Positions 26,357 to 40,216 of a stretch of 64,000 bases of DNA are shown piece after piece (position 1 is the stretch's first letter; each line of letters starts with the position of its first letter). Below the pieces are notes generated by a model, which saw only the letters and a program-made list of their open reading frames with translations, was not told where the DNA came from and searched no databases. The DNA is taken from the NCBI GenBank assembly GCA_951406725.2, contig OX597821.1, positions 99,882,001 to 99,946,000 on the forward strand, read 5' to 3'. The position numbers and the translations under genes are program-made. The DNA comes from Octopus vulgaris. Taxonomy: Eukaryota.

Positions 26357-26504
26357 GCAAGGCGTGTGTAAAATTTGAATGAAATTGGTTGTGTAGTTCT
26401 CAAGTTATAGGGATTCACACAGACAGACAGATAAACATTCTTAGTTTCATATATATCGATATACTAGCATTATGACCCGGTCGTTGCCGGGTCATAGTGC
26501 TAGT
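26287..26504 (-). mobile_element. Helitron 5' fragment joined to a Helitron 3' hairpin-CTAG terminus
   Basis: Minus strand: actagcactatgacccggcaacgaccgggtcataatgctagt, then atatcgatatatatgaaact...(TCTG)n. Confidence 0.6.
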
Positions 26505-26649
26505 CCATGTATATATGAGTATATATATGTGTTCATATTACATGTACATATATATATACATATATATATACATTTACACATAAAATACAAAATACAATGT
26601 TATATCTTGATATCGCTAGTGATAACAATACTCAAAATATATAACAGAC

Positions 26650-26830
26650 TGTAATTGTAGGCCCGTCTCTTGCAATTTCGACCAATTGTATTTTGTCCTC
26701 CCTCTGGTGTAGAAGTGTGGCTACAATCCAGCCTACCTCTACTTCTGCGGGGATATCTTTCATAGTCGCACCAACACACATTTCGATGGTGCTTTCCTCC
26801 AGGTGTTCAAATCTTTTTTTTCTCTCTACA
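26650..26830 (-). pseudogene. Old fragment of a related ORF1
   Basis: MKDIPAEVEVGWIVATLL...EDKIQLVEI resembles IPNIPPEVKTEWLATAIL...EEEVEVES of the 25046 ORF. Confidence 0.55.
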
Positions 26831-26961
26831 TTATATGCTTTATAGACAATTGTATATATGCAAATTGTAAATATGTATGTAAATATATGCAAATTGCATA
26901 TATGTATGTAAATATATGCAAATTGTATATAGGTATGTAAATATATGCAAATTGTATATAG

Positions 26962-27113
<152 letters not shown>

Positions 27114-27490
27114 CCATCTATTTAAGTGCGTGCGGGGTGTGTTCGTGTTTGCCTTTGTTCCTCCCTCACACTGCTGAACAACTGGTGTTAGTTTGTTGAC
27201 ATTCCCGTACAGTAGCGGTTCGGCGAATGTGACTGATGAATATGTAGTACCAGGCTTAATAAAAAAAAAAAAAAGAAAAAGAAAAAAAAGCTAATTAGCG
27301 GGGTCGGTTGTTCGATTAAACCCCTTCGAAGTGGTGCCCCAGCATGGCCGCAGTCTAAAGCCTGAAACAAGTAAAAAATAGATAGAGAGTGAAGGTAAGA
27401 GAGAATGAGAGATGGGCAGACATATACAGAGAGAGGGTGAGAGAAAGGTAGAGAAAAATGGAGAGAGAGAAAGAGAGAGTGAGGGTGAGA

Positions 27491-27526
<36 letters not shown>

Positions 27527-27920
27527 CAGAGTAGGCGGGACACTGAGATTGAGTCAAAGAAAGAATGAGTATTAAGAGACAGAGGGAATGAGCGAATGAA
27601 TGAGCATTGTGGAGAGGTATTCATTCCTTTGCCTTCTTCGCGGTAAAAGTAAACAACAGGCGTCGATCGAAGTGAAATTCTTTGTGTCGAGTTTTAGGAG
27701 AAAAATCTTTTGATTAAAGTGACATTGCGAGAGGGTAAAAAGGGGAAATAAATGTTCAGCCCTCTTTTTAATGTTAATTTATACGTCGTCATACTAATTA
27801 AAAAGAAAAAAAAAACTAGTATTCAATTCTTTTCATAACACACTTACGCTCACACGCACGCATACATGCATGCACGCACGCACACGCACGCACGCATACA
27901 TGCATGCACGCACGCACGCA

Positions 27921-27969
<49 letters not shown>

Positions 27970-28151
27970 TACACACGTACACACATACACACAGACTAGT
28001 GTAAACATATTTATACTTTTATACATCCATATAGAAACCTTATATGCATACAGATATACAGATACAGTGGCCCGGGAACAGGATTTGCTTAGGGGGTGCA
28101 AACCCAGGTCAAAAGCTTTTTACGAACAAAGATTTTTCCAATCTTGATATC

Positions 28152-28199
<48 letters not shown>

Positions 28200-28785
28200 T
28201 ACATACGCACACACACACACACACATATACATATACACGCACACACACACACACATATATACACATACACGCACACACCCACTCATATATATATATACAC
28301 ACACATATATACACAAACGCACACATACATATATATACACACACACATATACACATATATACACGGGAAAAACGGATAGTATCGGAAATATAAACATAGC
28401 ACATGTGTTATTTTATATATACGCAAGAGGCCTTTCGATAATACGACAGAATTAGGACAAGGTAAAAAATGAAAGTTGTCAATATTTAAGGCCTTTTGCC
28501 TATACTGCGGCTTTAAGATATGATAAGTAGTAATGCTAAAAGGGAACTATATCCAAAAGAACTCAGGAGAAGGATAAAAAAATGGGATAAAATGTATTAA
28601 AGACAGAAGGAAAGAAAACACAGAATGAAAAGTGAAAATTTAAATCAAGGGTCTGAAGCAGTGGCCCAGCAACAAAATTTGTTAAGGGGGTGCAAACCCA
28701 GGTCCTATTTCTTTTATGAAAAATTTGGATTTTTCCAATGTTAACATTAAAACAAATGCAGGTATAATAATAAGTTTTATTATTA

Positions 28786-29330
28786 TGAGGGTCGGCTGAA
28801 ATGTTCATAATCTCAGCAAGACACTCTCAATGGAATGTCACCAAATGAAGTTCATTTTCTAACATAGTTCCTCTTACTGTCCACACACTTCCATAAGTAG
28901 TTGCAGTGCTTGGATCGCACTGGTGAAGAAGCTTTTCTGTTGATCAAAATGGTCATCAACAACAGATAAGATGTTCTCATCATAGTGATACTGGTGCTCA
29001 GCTGAGTGTTTTTCTATGTTGGGAAACAGATAATAACCAGAAATAACCAAATCCCTAACATAGAGAGGGTGATCAACCAGTTCAAAGCCAGTCACGCACA
29101 GCAGCCATTGAAACCAGGGACTTGTGTGTTGAAGCATTGTCCTAATGAAAGAAGACCCCGTTCATCAATTTTTCTGGGTGTTTGGTCTTGATAGCCTTTC
29201 ATAACTGCCTTAGGAAGTTGACATTGAAATTTTCCATTGATGGTGAGATCATTGTGAAGATAGCCAATGATCACAATATTTTTTGCATTATTGCATAGTA
29301 TATGCAATAATGTGAAGTATGTTTTAGTTG
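28786..29330 (-). mobile_element. Mariner transposon relic (C-terminal transposase and TIR)
   Basis: GFELVDHPLYVRDLVISGYYLFPNIEKH matches the degenerate HPPYSPDLAPSDYYLF motif; TIR-like tatgagggtcggctgaaatgttc. Confidence 0.75.
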
Positions 29331-30572
29331 TTCGGTAGGAAACTGAAACTATCGAATTTTCATACATCATCTAACGACGGGAGAGCCCATGATATATATA
29401 TATATATATATCATATCTATAAAAGGGAGGATGTGTGCGCGTGAGTGTGTGTGTGTACGTGATTGTAATTTATGCACATCCACGCATGTCGCTCAAATTT
29501 TAGGACATTTGTCAACACCCTATCTGGGTTTTGTCAACTTATTTTTTTCCCGAGGCACCCGCGGTTGTGTAAAAATCTATTTTCAACCATTTTCAACCAT
29601 AGCTTTTAACCATAGCAAATATCAGCCATTGCTTTTTGATGGCGTCTAACAAAAAAAAAAAAGATAAAGAAAAGTGGAAGAAGGAGGCAGAGGGAGAGAG
29701 AGAGAGTAAGTGACTACGTTCATAAAAAATAAAATGTAACATGTTTTGTTTTTTGTTTTTGAAAGACACTATATTTCATAATCATAGTATATATACTTTC
29801 TCACACAACAATTATAATATATCTATTTTAAATCATTTATTTATTTTAAATCGTTCATCTTTCTCCCCCCTCTCTCTCACACACATTACTTTGGGTGCGA
29901 AAGAGTTTTGTCTTTATTTTACGCCGAGTAAAAAAGTGTTTTGTTGAAAATCCATTTATTTAACAACAAAGAAACAAAGAGGTGATTAACAATTTGTCAG
30001 TGAATTACCCAATATAAATGGGTACAATTTGCGAGGCTTCCACCACACCCCACTCCGTTTCACGGACCACAAAAAGGGTTTTGAGGCCAGAGTAGTTGAT
30101 TCCATGTACAAAAACCGATTTTTTTCTTAGGGAAAATTGTGCGAGTGTTAATCTACAAATTTTACATTTTTTCCATTCATTTCTGTTTATGAACATGTAT
30201 GCGTGCACAAAACATGCAATAGGTGTACGTACCTACGTGTGTGTATGTATGTTCGTGTCTGTTGTCCATATATATTTATATTATATATATATATATATAT
30301 ATAATATATATATAATATATATAATATATATAATATATATATATAATATAACTAATTTCAACGGATTTCGCCCAAATTTGACGTCTATATTACTTAGTTC
30401 GGTTTGAAATAAAGAACTTATATATATAATAGTGTTCAAACTATTGAGTATTTATACACGAAAGAGGTGACCTTTGACAGGACAGCTTATATGCTAGAAA
30501 GGGCCGTCAAATCCCAAACCACGAATAAAAGCAATTTCAAAGAGAATGAAATTAAAATTATCTTTATAGTTA

Positions 30573-30642
30573 ACCTCAAACTCGAGTTTCTGTAATAATG
30601 AGCAACTAAATTCATTTGTCATATGTACTTCATCAGTGAGAT
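30573..30642 (-). ncRNA. Type-I hammerhead ribozyme motif with extended stem II
   Basis: atctca-CTGATGA-a-gta..atga.caa(loop)ttg.tcat..tac-a-GAAAC-TCGA-GTT-tgaggt; stem I atctca/tgaggt; stem III palindrome AACTCGAGTT. Confidence 0.7.
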
Positions 30643-32285
30643 CGCTAAAATTAATATATAATTATACAGCTAATACGTACCGAAAACACGTGCGTGCTGT
30701 ATACTTAAACATTATATTTTCAAATCCACCGCGCAAGCGCAGTTAGATTCAGCAGTAAATTAAAACTGTGAGTCGATCTCGGTGGAATTTGAACTAAAAA
30801 AACAGACGAAATGCCGCTAAGCATTTCGCCTGGCGTGCTAACGATTCCGCCAGCCCGCCCACTTAGCAACATCATATAATAATAACATTTTAATACTTGT
30901 GTTCTTCTTCAATGTTGGGATACAAAATTTCGATGATCCAACGCCACCCAAAATAGTATTTAGTAACGATTCGTACTTTACACTAAGTACGGTGCATTTC
31001 TTTGGGTTCACCTTTAATTGTACCACACTAGATGTTATCTGACTTTCTTGGTGGTGTCCATTTTAATTTGACCTTTGGTATCTGATACTGGTTCATTCTA
31101 TCTACATAGTGTAACCTTGTCGTACAGTTTCTCATTTGATACTACACATACACACACACATCACACGCATGAATACACACACAAACACACACACACACAA
31201 GCTTTGTATATTGCCACTCAACCTTAGACTACATATTTCCAAGTCCGTTTGGCACTGACGGAAATAGTGATCCTGTCTATGAGTGTCAAAATCACGTTGA
31301 TTACTGTTAGACAGCTGAAGGGGGAATTCCTGGCTTTGTCAATCTAATTCCTTAGTTGGTTATATTTGTAAGGTTATCTGATTGATTGAGTACTATTTGT
31401 AGGTGTGATTGTTTATATATTTATTAGTTTAAATGTTGAATTCTGATATTTGTGGCGTGTATTTTATTTTACTTTATTGGTGCTTAAGTCAAACACTTGA
31501 TTCTGGAATTGGTTAGTTCTCGGTTAGTTCACTTCATAACTTTCTGGATTTAGCTTATTTGATTTTAGGTGAGCGGTATAACTTCCCTTATTAATTTAAC
31601 GATATCGGATTAACACGTTGCATATATATACATACACGCACATATATATATACACATACGGCTTGTAGGTATAGTGTGACGTCATGTGTTGCTGAATAAC
31701 ATATGAAATAAAGGAGTGCCAAATCAATGCCCACAATTTTCTTCTTGTGTTCTTGCTGTGCTCTTTGCATTACGTCATAGCTAAGCCTCGAATGCAGATG
31801 ACCTGTGAGTACAAGCGACGGTGGACGTCTAGAGCTGAAAACTGGATGGTTTAATTGTCGTGTGTCAAGCGCGTCCAATCATACATACATACATACATAC
31901 ATACATACATACATACATACATACATACATACATACATGTATGTGTATCTGTGTGTATTGTGTGTGTGTGTGTGTGTGCAAAAGTTACGGTTAATTGTTT
32001 TTGTGCCTTAAAATACTTTACATCTTTTCATCCAAATTTATAATATACATCTATCCACCCGTCCACACACACACACACAAATATGTATACACACATCAAT
32101 TACTCATAAGTACAACTTATTTTGTTATGAAACCATAATATACCATCAAGTATATTAAATACTTTATAAGTCAATACAATGTCCTGTCGTGTTAGCAGTG
32201 CGATTCATCTACTCTAAATTTATCCACAGATTTTCTATAGATTTTCAATAGTGACTATAATTTGTATAGAGATAACTTTAAAGAC

Positions 32286-32356
<71 letters not shown>

Positions 32357-32368
32357 TATATATATACA

Positions 32369-32435
<67 letters not shown>

Positions 32436-33499
32436 GCATACATACACACACATGTACGTGTATATATACTACGTATATATATACACATACATATATACTC
32501 ACACACAGATATACATATATATTTATAAATTGAAGCTATAACTTGAAAAATCTTTTTGGATTCAAGAACTAGACGCTAAACGTTAGAAGTGTTTACATCT
32601 ATTACAGCTTCAACTTCTCGAGTCACGAAACATCCATCACAGATGACATCGTAAACTAAAATAAATATATAAGTCTTCATTCACTTTTTGAACAACATAT
32701 TGTCTGTCGTATATACTATTAATAGAAAGATGTTATGATTGTATTGCAAATGTATATTCGAAAGTAATAAGTAAAAAGAAAAAAAAAAACGATCGTAAAT
32801 CTTATATTGTTTTATTAATATATAAGAAACATTGGACTAGAATGTATGCATAAGTTATATTACACATAAATACATACATACATATGTATGCATATATTAT
32901 GTTATACATACATAAATATTACATAATAAACGCACTATGATACTTGAAAAACCTTTGCTATGACAAAAAACAAAAACAGACTACAACTAAAATACTTCCC
33001 AAAAGCAAAATGACTTGTTTGAGTCTAGAAATAAATAAGCAAACTTTAAGTATTACAAATCTCATTTCTCCAGTCACGAATTATTTATCACAGTTGATTT
33101 CTCAGAATACAATATAATACGACTAGAAATATATTAAAATATATTAATAATGCGAAAGTTTATAATTATTAAAATGGTACTAACTTTTTTTTAGTATGAC
33201 TGTTGTCATAGCTATAAGAAGATTCATTCTAAGTTTGTGTTTAATAGTATTGTTTGTTACTAGTGTATATTCTTGAAACTTATTTTTGTTTTGCATTTAT
33301 TTTTTTTAGATACAACAGCTATAACTAAAAAGACTTCGCAGTCCACCTCATGATCCCGTCGGACAAAACGGAAGAGGTGTGGTCTCAGAGGATTGCAAGG
33401 AAGATGCGCTGGAGCGCCCAATCCGACTGTTAGGGCCCGCGCTAGTAGATAGCCATCTCTGCCAAGCTAGCAGTGAGCAGAGATGTACTCCGGGGGCCC

Positions 33500-33870
33500 A
33501 AGAACGTCGAAGGTTTTCACTGTAAATCTGTCAGAGAGCGGCCAATACTTTGACATTTTGCCCTTCTCCGATTCATGAGCGGCGAATATATCAAAAGAGA
33601 GCAAGCATTACAACAAGTACTTACGGCCCTATCCTTGATGGGTTTTGCTAAAGAGACACCCAGAAAGAAACATTTAGATGTTTTAGCCCGTATTAATGCC
33701 GTAGTTAGCAATTATGAAAACATGAATGTGATACAATATTTGCAAGGAACCGCGTATAATTTTCACTTTTAGATGATGATTTAAAAATTCTTAACATATT
33801 GGAGGAGTAATTAACCAAGGGGGTAATTGTCCCAGTGGGTAGTTGTCGGGGGGAATTGTCCTGATACGAT
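33500..33870 (+). mobile_element. MULE/Mutator-like transposase C-terminal relic with terminal repeat
   Basis: KNVEGFH...IKREQA...RKKHLDVLARINAVVSNYENMNVIQYLQGTAYNF resembles MULE C-termini; followed by repeated gg(g/t)aattgtcc motifs. Confidence 0.55.
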
Positions 33871-33924
33871 ATATATATGTCTGCAATTACTTTGTAAGCA
33901 GTGCCGAATTTTACACTTCTGTAC

Positions 33925-33970
<46 letters not shown>

Positions 33971-33972
<2 letters not shown>

Positions 33973-34323
33973 GGAATGATAGCGAAAGGGACTGATTGCT
34001 ACCTAACTCAGATACCAGGAAACCCCAAAATGGTAGAAATTCAAAAGATAGTGCTCATGGGAACTGCTCATATCCTACGCAAAATACTCTCTATGTAATC
34101 CCAAGGTTTAAAACAAACTTTTTTTATTTAATTATTTATTTATTTTTTATTTTTTTTTTTAAAAAATTAATTTTTATGTATTAGACATTCACTAGTACAA
34201 CACCAAAAAAAAAAAAAAAAAAACCCAAATATATGGCACAGAACTTCCAACCTGTTGTCTCTTGAGGTTTCTGGGTGAGACTTGGAGCCAACTTGTACAG
34301 ACATAAAGCAAAAGTCAAACATA

Positions 34324-34324
<1 letters not shown>
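33971..34324 (+). mobile_element. R4/Dong-like retrotransposon 3' fragment, subfamily C
   Basis: GMIAKG...IQKIVLMGTAHILRKILSM* plus its own 3' UTR; (AAT)n on both sides. Confidence 0.8.
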
Positions 34325-34376
<52 letters not shown>

Positions 34377-34968
34377 TCAAAACTGCCGACAAGTGGTATA
34401 ATCACCACCCTGAGGCTGTAACTGAAGGAGAAAATGTAACCATTCTGTGGGACTTTCCAGTACATACAGACCGAACCATCAAGGCCAATAAACCAGATAT
34501 TGTTGTGAAAGACCAAAACAATAAAGTTTGTTTATTGATCGACATGAGCATCCCCTATGATCATAATATCTCAGCGAAAGCGTTTGACAAGCTCAGAAAA
34601 TATAAAGACCTACTCACTGAAATTGAGAAAATGTGGCATCTCAAGGCGGTTACAATACCAGTGATCGTAGGAGCACTAGGAATGATAAGAAGGGAACCGA
34701 AAATTATATGAGAATGATCCCTGGCTTACCATCCCTGCAAGAAGTGCAAAAGATTGTCTTAACTGGTATATCACACGTATTGAGAAGAGCATTGTCGATG
34801 TGAGAATTATTACTACCCATGTATTTTAATTTAACTTAAAAAAAAAAAAAGAACGAACTATTGAGTTTGGTTTGATGGCCTACCGGTGTGTACTATGAGT
34901 TTCTTTGCCCTAGGAGTCGGGAAGACACTCGGCAAGAAATGGAAGCAAATTTGAAAGAGGAAAAAAAA
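34377..34968 (+). mobile_element. R4/Dong-like retrotransposon 3' fragment, subfamily D
   Basis: ILWDFPVHTDRTIKANKPDIVVKD...LIDMSIP...KYKDL RLE domain with a frameshift; (AAT)n on both sides. Confidence 0.85.
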
Positions 34969-35025
<57 letters not shown>

Positions 35026-35522
35026 TTTATAGCCTTAAGGCTTATAAGCGATCACTGTGCATCGACTAAAGTAAATAGTCTAATATTGGAGTATATAAGA
35101 CCTCGACAGAAAAAGGGTTTCCCGTACGCTTGAGACACGAACCCACACCTCCACATATGTATATCCATACAAATAAATATGTACATCAACATTTTATTCA
35201 TATATATATATGCATACATATACTTATCGACAAACACGCTTTTTATAACGATAACGTCGACAATGATATATTTATAAAGTTACATTTCAGAGCTTAATAA
35301 TATTACGTTATATTGAGATTATCTTGAAACTGGAGTCTTTGTCTACTGATCAGTCACAAAATATAATGTTTTTAAATAAAAATGTTTGAGTGAATCTGTA
35401 TGCATTTGGCTTTATATTTTTTTACATTAGATATGTATTTATATTTTTCAGACAGCGCTAATCGATTTATGACCGAATTGACCTCCTGCTAGGAATCTGA
35501 TTGGCGTTATCTTTTCCCATTG

Positions 35523-35726
35523 AAAGGCGGCGAGCTGGCAGAGTCGTTAGCACGCCGGGCGAAATGCTTAGCAGTATTTCGTCTGCTGCTACGCTCTGAG
35601 TTCAAATTCCGCCGAGGTCGACTTTGCCTTTCATCCTTTCGAGGTCGATAAATTGAGTACTGGGGTCGATGTGATCGACTTACTCCTTCCCTCAAAATGT
35701 CAGGCCTTGTGCCTATAGTAGAAAAG
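35523..35726 (+). mobile_element. SINE family 1 with tail B
   Basis: 17-bp TSD gttatcttttcccattg at 35506-35522 and 35727-35743. Confidence 0.9.
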
Positions 35727-36276
35727 GTTATCTTTTCCCATTGTTTCATTTTCCTTGTTTTTTTTAAAGATTTTACAAGTTTTCTCTTTTCGTTCTCTCC
35801 CTTTGTCTCTCTCATCTCCCTCTTTCTCTGTCTTTCTCTCTCTCTCTTTCTTGCCGGGCGCACATATTTGGTTTTGAGAAAAGCGTGGCGTTGTCAGGAC
35901 TGCCTCGATATGATGTCTTGCCTGCTATTTTATGTAATACACGAGGTCGTTGACCATTTGCATCACGGAGAAAAGCGTATATATTTAGAGCCTCAACATC
36001 GATTGTGGGACACTGATGAAGTGAAATGCATGATTACACAATGTTTCTAACAATGTTATGTAATTATTACAGCATTCTGACAAGACGTGTGTATTATGTC
36101 CAATAAAACTTTGCTCAACACACCTGTTTTCTAATTATTTTTCTATTATTTGGCTCGTAATCTGCACTCTATCCTATCCCAATGCTGGTACCCCGCATCG
36201 TACTTACACAAGATACTGGAATGGAGCGTGGTATCCACTACCAAGCCCGATTTAGGTTGCGTGCCACACTTTACTG

Positions 36277-36330
<54 letters not shown>

Positions 36331-36550
36331 ATATATATGTATGTATGTATTTATAAATATATATAAGGAATTGCTCACTCCATTCTCCTTGGTTACAATT
36401 GTAAAACCCCAGCGGGTCTTTGTGGATTTTCAGACATAAGTTTGATATGACAGTCCCCGAACTGTCATATGTCTGATGGTCTGGACAGATGAACGATAAC
36501 ACTCAAATAGTAATTTATCTGTAAATATAATATGTGACAATTATTCGGTA

Positions 36551-36620
36551 GCCGTGATAAAACTCCGAGTTTCGGATGTCGGTGCGGAAACCCACGCCAC
36601 TATCTCTTCAGTTATCCGGC
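36551..36620 (-). ncRNA. Type-I hammerhead ribozyme motif
   Basis: gccg-gataa-CTGAAGA-gat...atc-c-GAAAC-TCGGA-GTT-ttatc-a-cggc; stems I, II and III all pair. Confidence 0.75.
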
Positions 36621-37257
36621 CATCGAAAACATCTTTTTCGATGCAAAAAACCCGCAACCATGTGGTTGGTAAGCAAGCTACTTACCACACAGCCACTCCT
36701 ACGCCTCCAATATCTCTTTCTCTTTCTTCTCACTGACATATCAATGTCATTTTAGCAGTAAACTTGTCCATAGAGTCCAGCCTACGAAATACATATAGAA
36801 ATTCATCGCAAAAAGCTCAGATAAGATAACATACAGTATCCAAGATGATCGGGGAAATAGTTCCCACGTCGAACATATGAAGTTATGATCGAGACTTTTG
36901 TAAATACACGTTACATCTCAGCAATGATTGTCAGATTTGTACATTTCCTCTATACGACCGAAAGCCATCTGTTGAAAAGATGCTTTGCTATATGTCCGGC
37001 GAACAAATGATTTTGTATCAATTATGAACAAAGAGATGAAGCGAAATGTTGTTGCAAGAACAGCACCACTTACAGAGCTGATGGAATATTTCCAAATGAG
37101 AATTAGAGACCCAGAGGCAGCATGGCTGTGTACTGTGTAAGATATAATATCTTATATCTTACGGATGTTTATTCGAACGGTCGTTTGAATACTCACAACG
37201 GTGAGATTCAGAATTACAGTTCAAGAAGTTACAACTTCTAACACACAAACACGCACA

Positions 37258-37324
<67 letters not shown>

Positions 37325-37420
37325 TAATGTTTGTTTTTATGAAGAGTGTTAATATAAAAATTACAATAAACTGAAAGATTACTCAATGCTTTATGTAACT
37401 TATTCTTTAAAAAGAACAGT

Positions 37421-37470
37421 GTTGACAGTGACTTCGAAGTTTCGGGCTACTTAGCCTTTATCGGACAGTC
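37421..37470 (-). ncRNA. Degenerate hammerhead, same family as 15783
   Basis: ccgataa-aggc(taagta)gcc-cGAAACTTCGAAGTCactgtcaa; core mutated. Confidence 0.5.
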
Positions 37471-37633
37471 CAAGGAAGGCTAAGCGGGCCATCCCTGCAA
37501 CTTAGTGATTCGGCAAAAGCGCCCGATGGAATAAGTACAGGCTTAAAAAAAAATTTAAGTCATTTTCGTTCGACTAAATTTCTTCAATGCGCTGCCCTAG
37601 TATGGCCGCAGTCTAATGATTGAAAAAAGAGAA

Positions 37634-37738
<105 letters not shown>

Positions 37739-38059
37739 GTCTGTCTGTCTGTTTGTCTGTCTTTATACACACAATTCCCGGACACAAATATTGTGGCGCG
37801 CGAGAGCTCTGCTGCTCGGAATACTACTTCTTTGGAGCCATACAGTTTCCTAAGCATGCATGTTGATGTATTTCGACAGTTAGACGTTGAGTACTGCAAT
37901 ACGTCAGCATTTGTAGCATTCAACATGGCAGGTGATTTTGTCGACAAGAATAGCTAACTTTAATGTTGTGTGAGTTGAATAGTCTTAAGTAATTGCGTGT
38001 GAATAGGAAATAACGTCATATAGAACAATGAATAGAACAATGAACGCTAGTAATGGTAT

Positions 38060-38620
38060 CTTTAAATTTGTGTGGTGGGTTGAACCAGATTACCTTCCTC
38101 TTCCTGGTCTTATTCTCTAAGAGGGTGGGTTGTGTCATATCCATATAATCTAGCTTCTTGTTGAAGCCGCTTCTAGATACCGCATCATTATAATAGGGGG
38201 ATGCTCTATTGAAGATACCCCTGTCCATCTATAGACGAAAGACTCTCCGTCTAGGTCCACCACATCCTTCATATTTATGATGGATTTTGTTAAGTTAGTC
38301 ACAATGCCTCACCTGTGCGATTAGATGTTCCTACGTTGGAATTGAGGTGGTGCATCTCGTGGGATTGAATATTCTTCGCTTTCTTCCAAAGTGCACGAAC
38401 TTCACAACTTCGGATTACACCGAGATGAGGGATAAGCAATTTGAAAGGAATACTTTAATATTTAAACAGCTTGGTTTAAATACAATCGTAAGTTCCAACT
38501 TAATGATAGCCAACTTTCCAGGCATATCTGTGAACTTAAAGCCGAAAGAAGACGCCATCTATATCTCAAAAGATTACAACCAGTCGCCCGCCATAATTAG
38601 GGAAATTGTGTGTTGCCGAT
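38060..38620. mobile_element. Rearranged Penelope-like element RT relic
   Basis: Minus 38060-38228: IFNRASPYYNDAVSRSGF...RKRKVIWFNPP. Plus 38330-38620: EVVHLVGLNIL...FKQLGLN...NLMIANFPGISVNL...IYISKDYNQSPAIIREI. Both resemble PLE RT/thumb segments. Confidence 0.7.
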
Positions 38621-38846
38621 AACAGAAAGGCCTTAAGGGCATAACTTCTGTTTTTATTCACAATATTATATGATTGATCATACACACACACACACGCATC
38701 TCGTGTGTGTGTGTGTGTGTGTAATGCCATCCAACGATAGAGAAAGCCATAAACTGTTTTCCAGCAAATACAAACTGTATTTTTATATATTGAGTACTCT
38801 TTCCTTTCATTTGAACAAATTAAACGTGTACACATATTTATATGTA

Positions 38847-38913
<67 letters not shown>

Positions 38914-38952
38914 TCTATCTATCTATCTATCTATCTATCTGTCTGTCTGTCT

Positions 38953-39008
<56 letters not shown>

Positions 39009-39011
39009 CAA

Positions 39012-39042
<31 letters not shown>

Positions 39043-39426
39043 CATATGTATATATGTATATGTATATATTTATGTATATACATATATATATGTGTATATA
39101 TATACATATATATAGGTGTATATATATATATATAAATACATATATACAAACCTGCGCGTGCGCGCACACACACACGCACACATATACATACATATTTCTA
39201 CACACTTTGTAAGAATTCTACTCTTTGAGTTTAGTTAGGAAGAAAGGACTAAGCAAGAACAAAGCTACCTTCAGATGGACATTGATTGGATGTTAGGAAC
39301 ACGAATGATGAATGTTTTACTTTACACAAATGTAATCTATTCATACACTAATGTGCAGCCTTCAAACCCTCTATTCACAGGTACTTTGTACACACACGCG
39401 TGCACACACACATATACGTAAATATA

Positions 39427-39529
<103 letters not shown>

Positions 39530-39810
39530 CTATACGTATATATTACATTCTTTCTCCCATTCTTTCACACACATATAAGTCTGTTTATATGCAATGAACG
39601 GCTACAATGCATTTTTGTTAAAGGGGGAGGGTGTATAGCCACTTGATTTGGCTTCAGTAAGTGGTAATTATTTTATCCAGTTCAGAAAGATGAAAAGAAA
39701 AGCCGGACCCTATTATAGATTTGAATTAGGAAGCTTATAACGCATACACCTTACAATGTACTAATGTACCTACATTGTTAATTCGTGTGTGTTTGTGCGT
39801 GTGAGTGCAT

Positions 39811-39882
<72 letters not shown>

Positions 39883-39970
39883 ATCTATATATATATTATA
39901 TGAATGCATACGTACTCATCCGTCATATAAATCGAATACAGGAAGATTATTATTATTATTATTATTATTG

Positions 39971-40001
<31 letters not shown>

Positions 40002-40184
40002 GAGTAGGAGGTGTAGTAGAAGCAATAGCGTTAGTATTATTAGGATTTCGTCCCCACATCTTTTCTACCTCAATGTTCAATCGTGTTGCGACAATTCATT
40101 ACAGACAATCGACTTACTTAAATATTTATGGATGTCAACCATGTCAGGTGCCAGCTAAAAGTCTTCAATCATTCAAAGAAGGGA

Positions 40185-40216
<32 letters not shown>

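Noticed and set aside
33454-33485. GC-rich hairpin catctctgc/gcagagatg as a ribozyme or structured RNA
   Set aside because: A single 9-bp stem next to a MULE relic with no recognisable catalytic core
36206-36273. Candidate minus-strand exon bounded by tacag and gtaagt
   Set aside because: Acceptor preceded by (TA)n rather than a pyrimidine tract, and the translation shows no Cys-loop similarity
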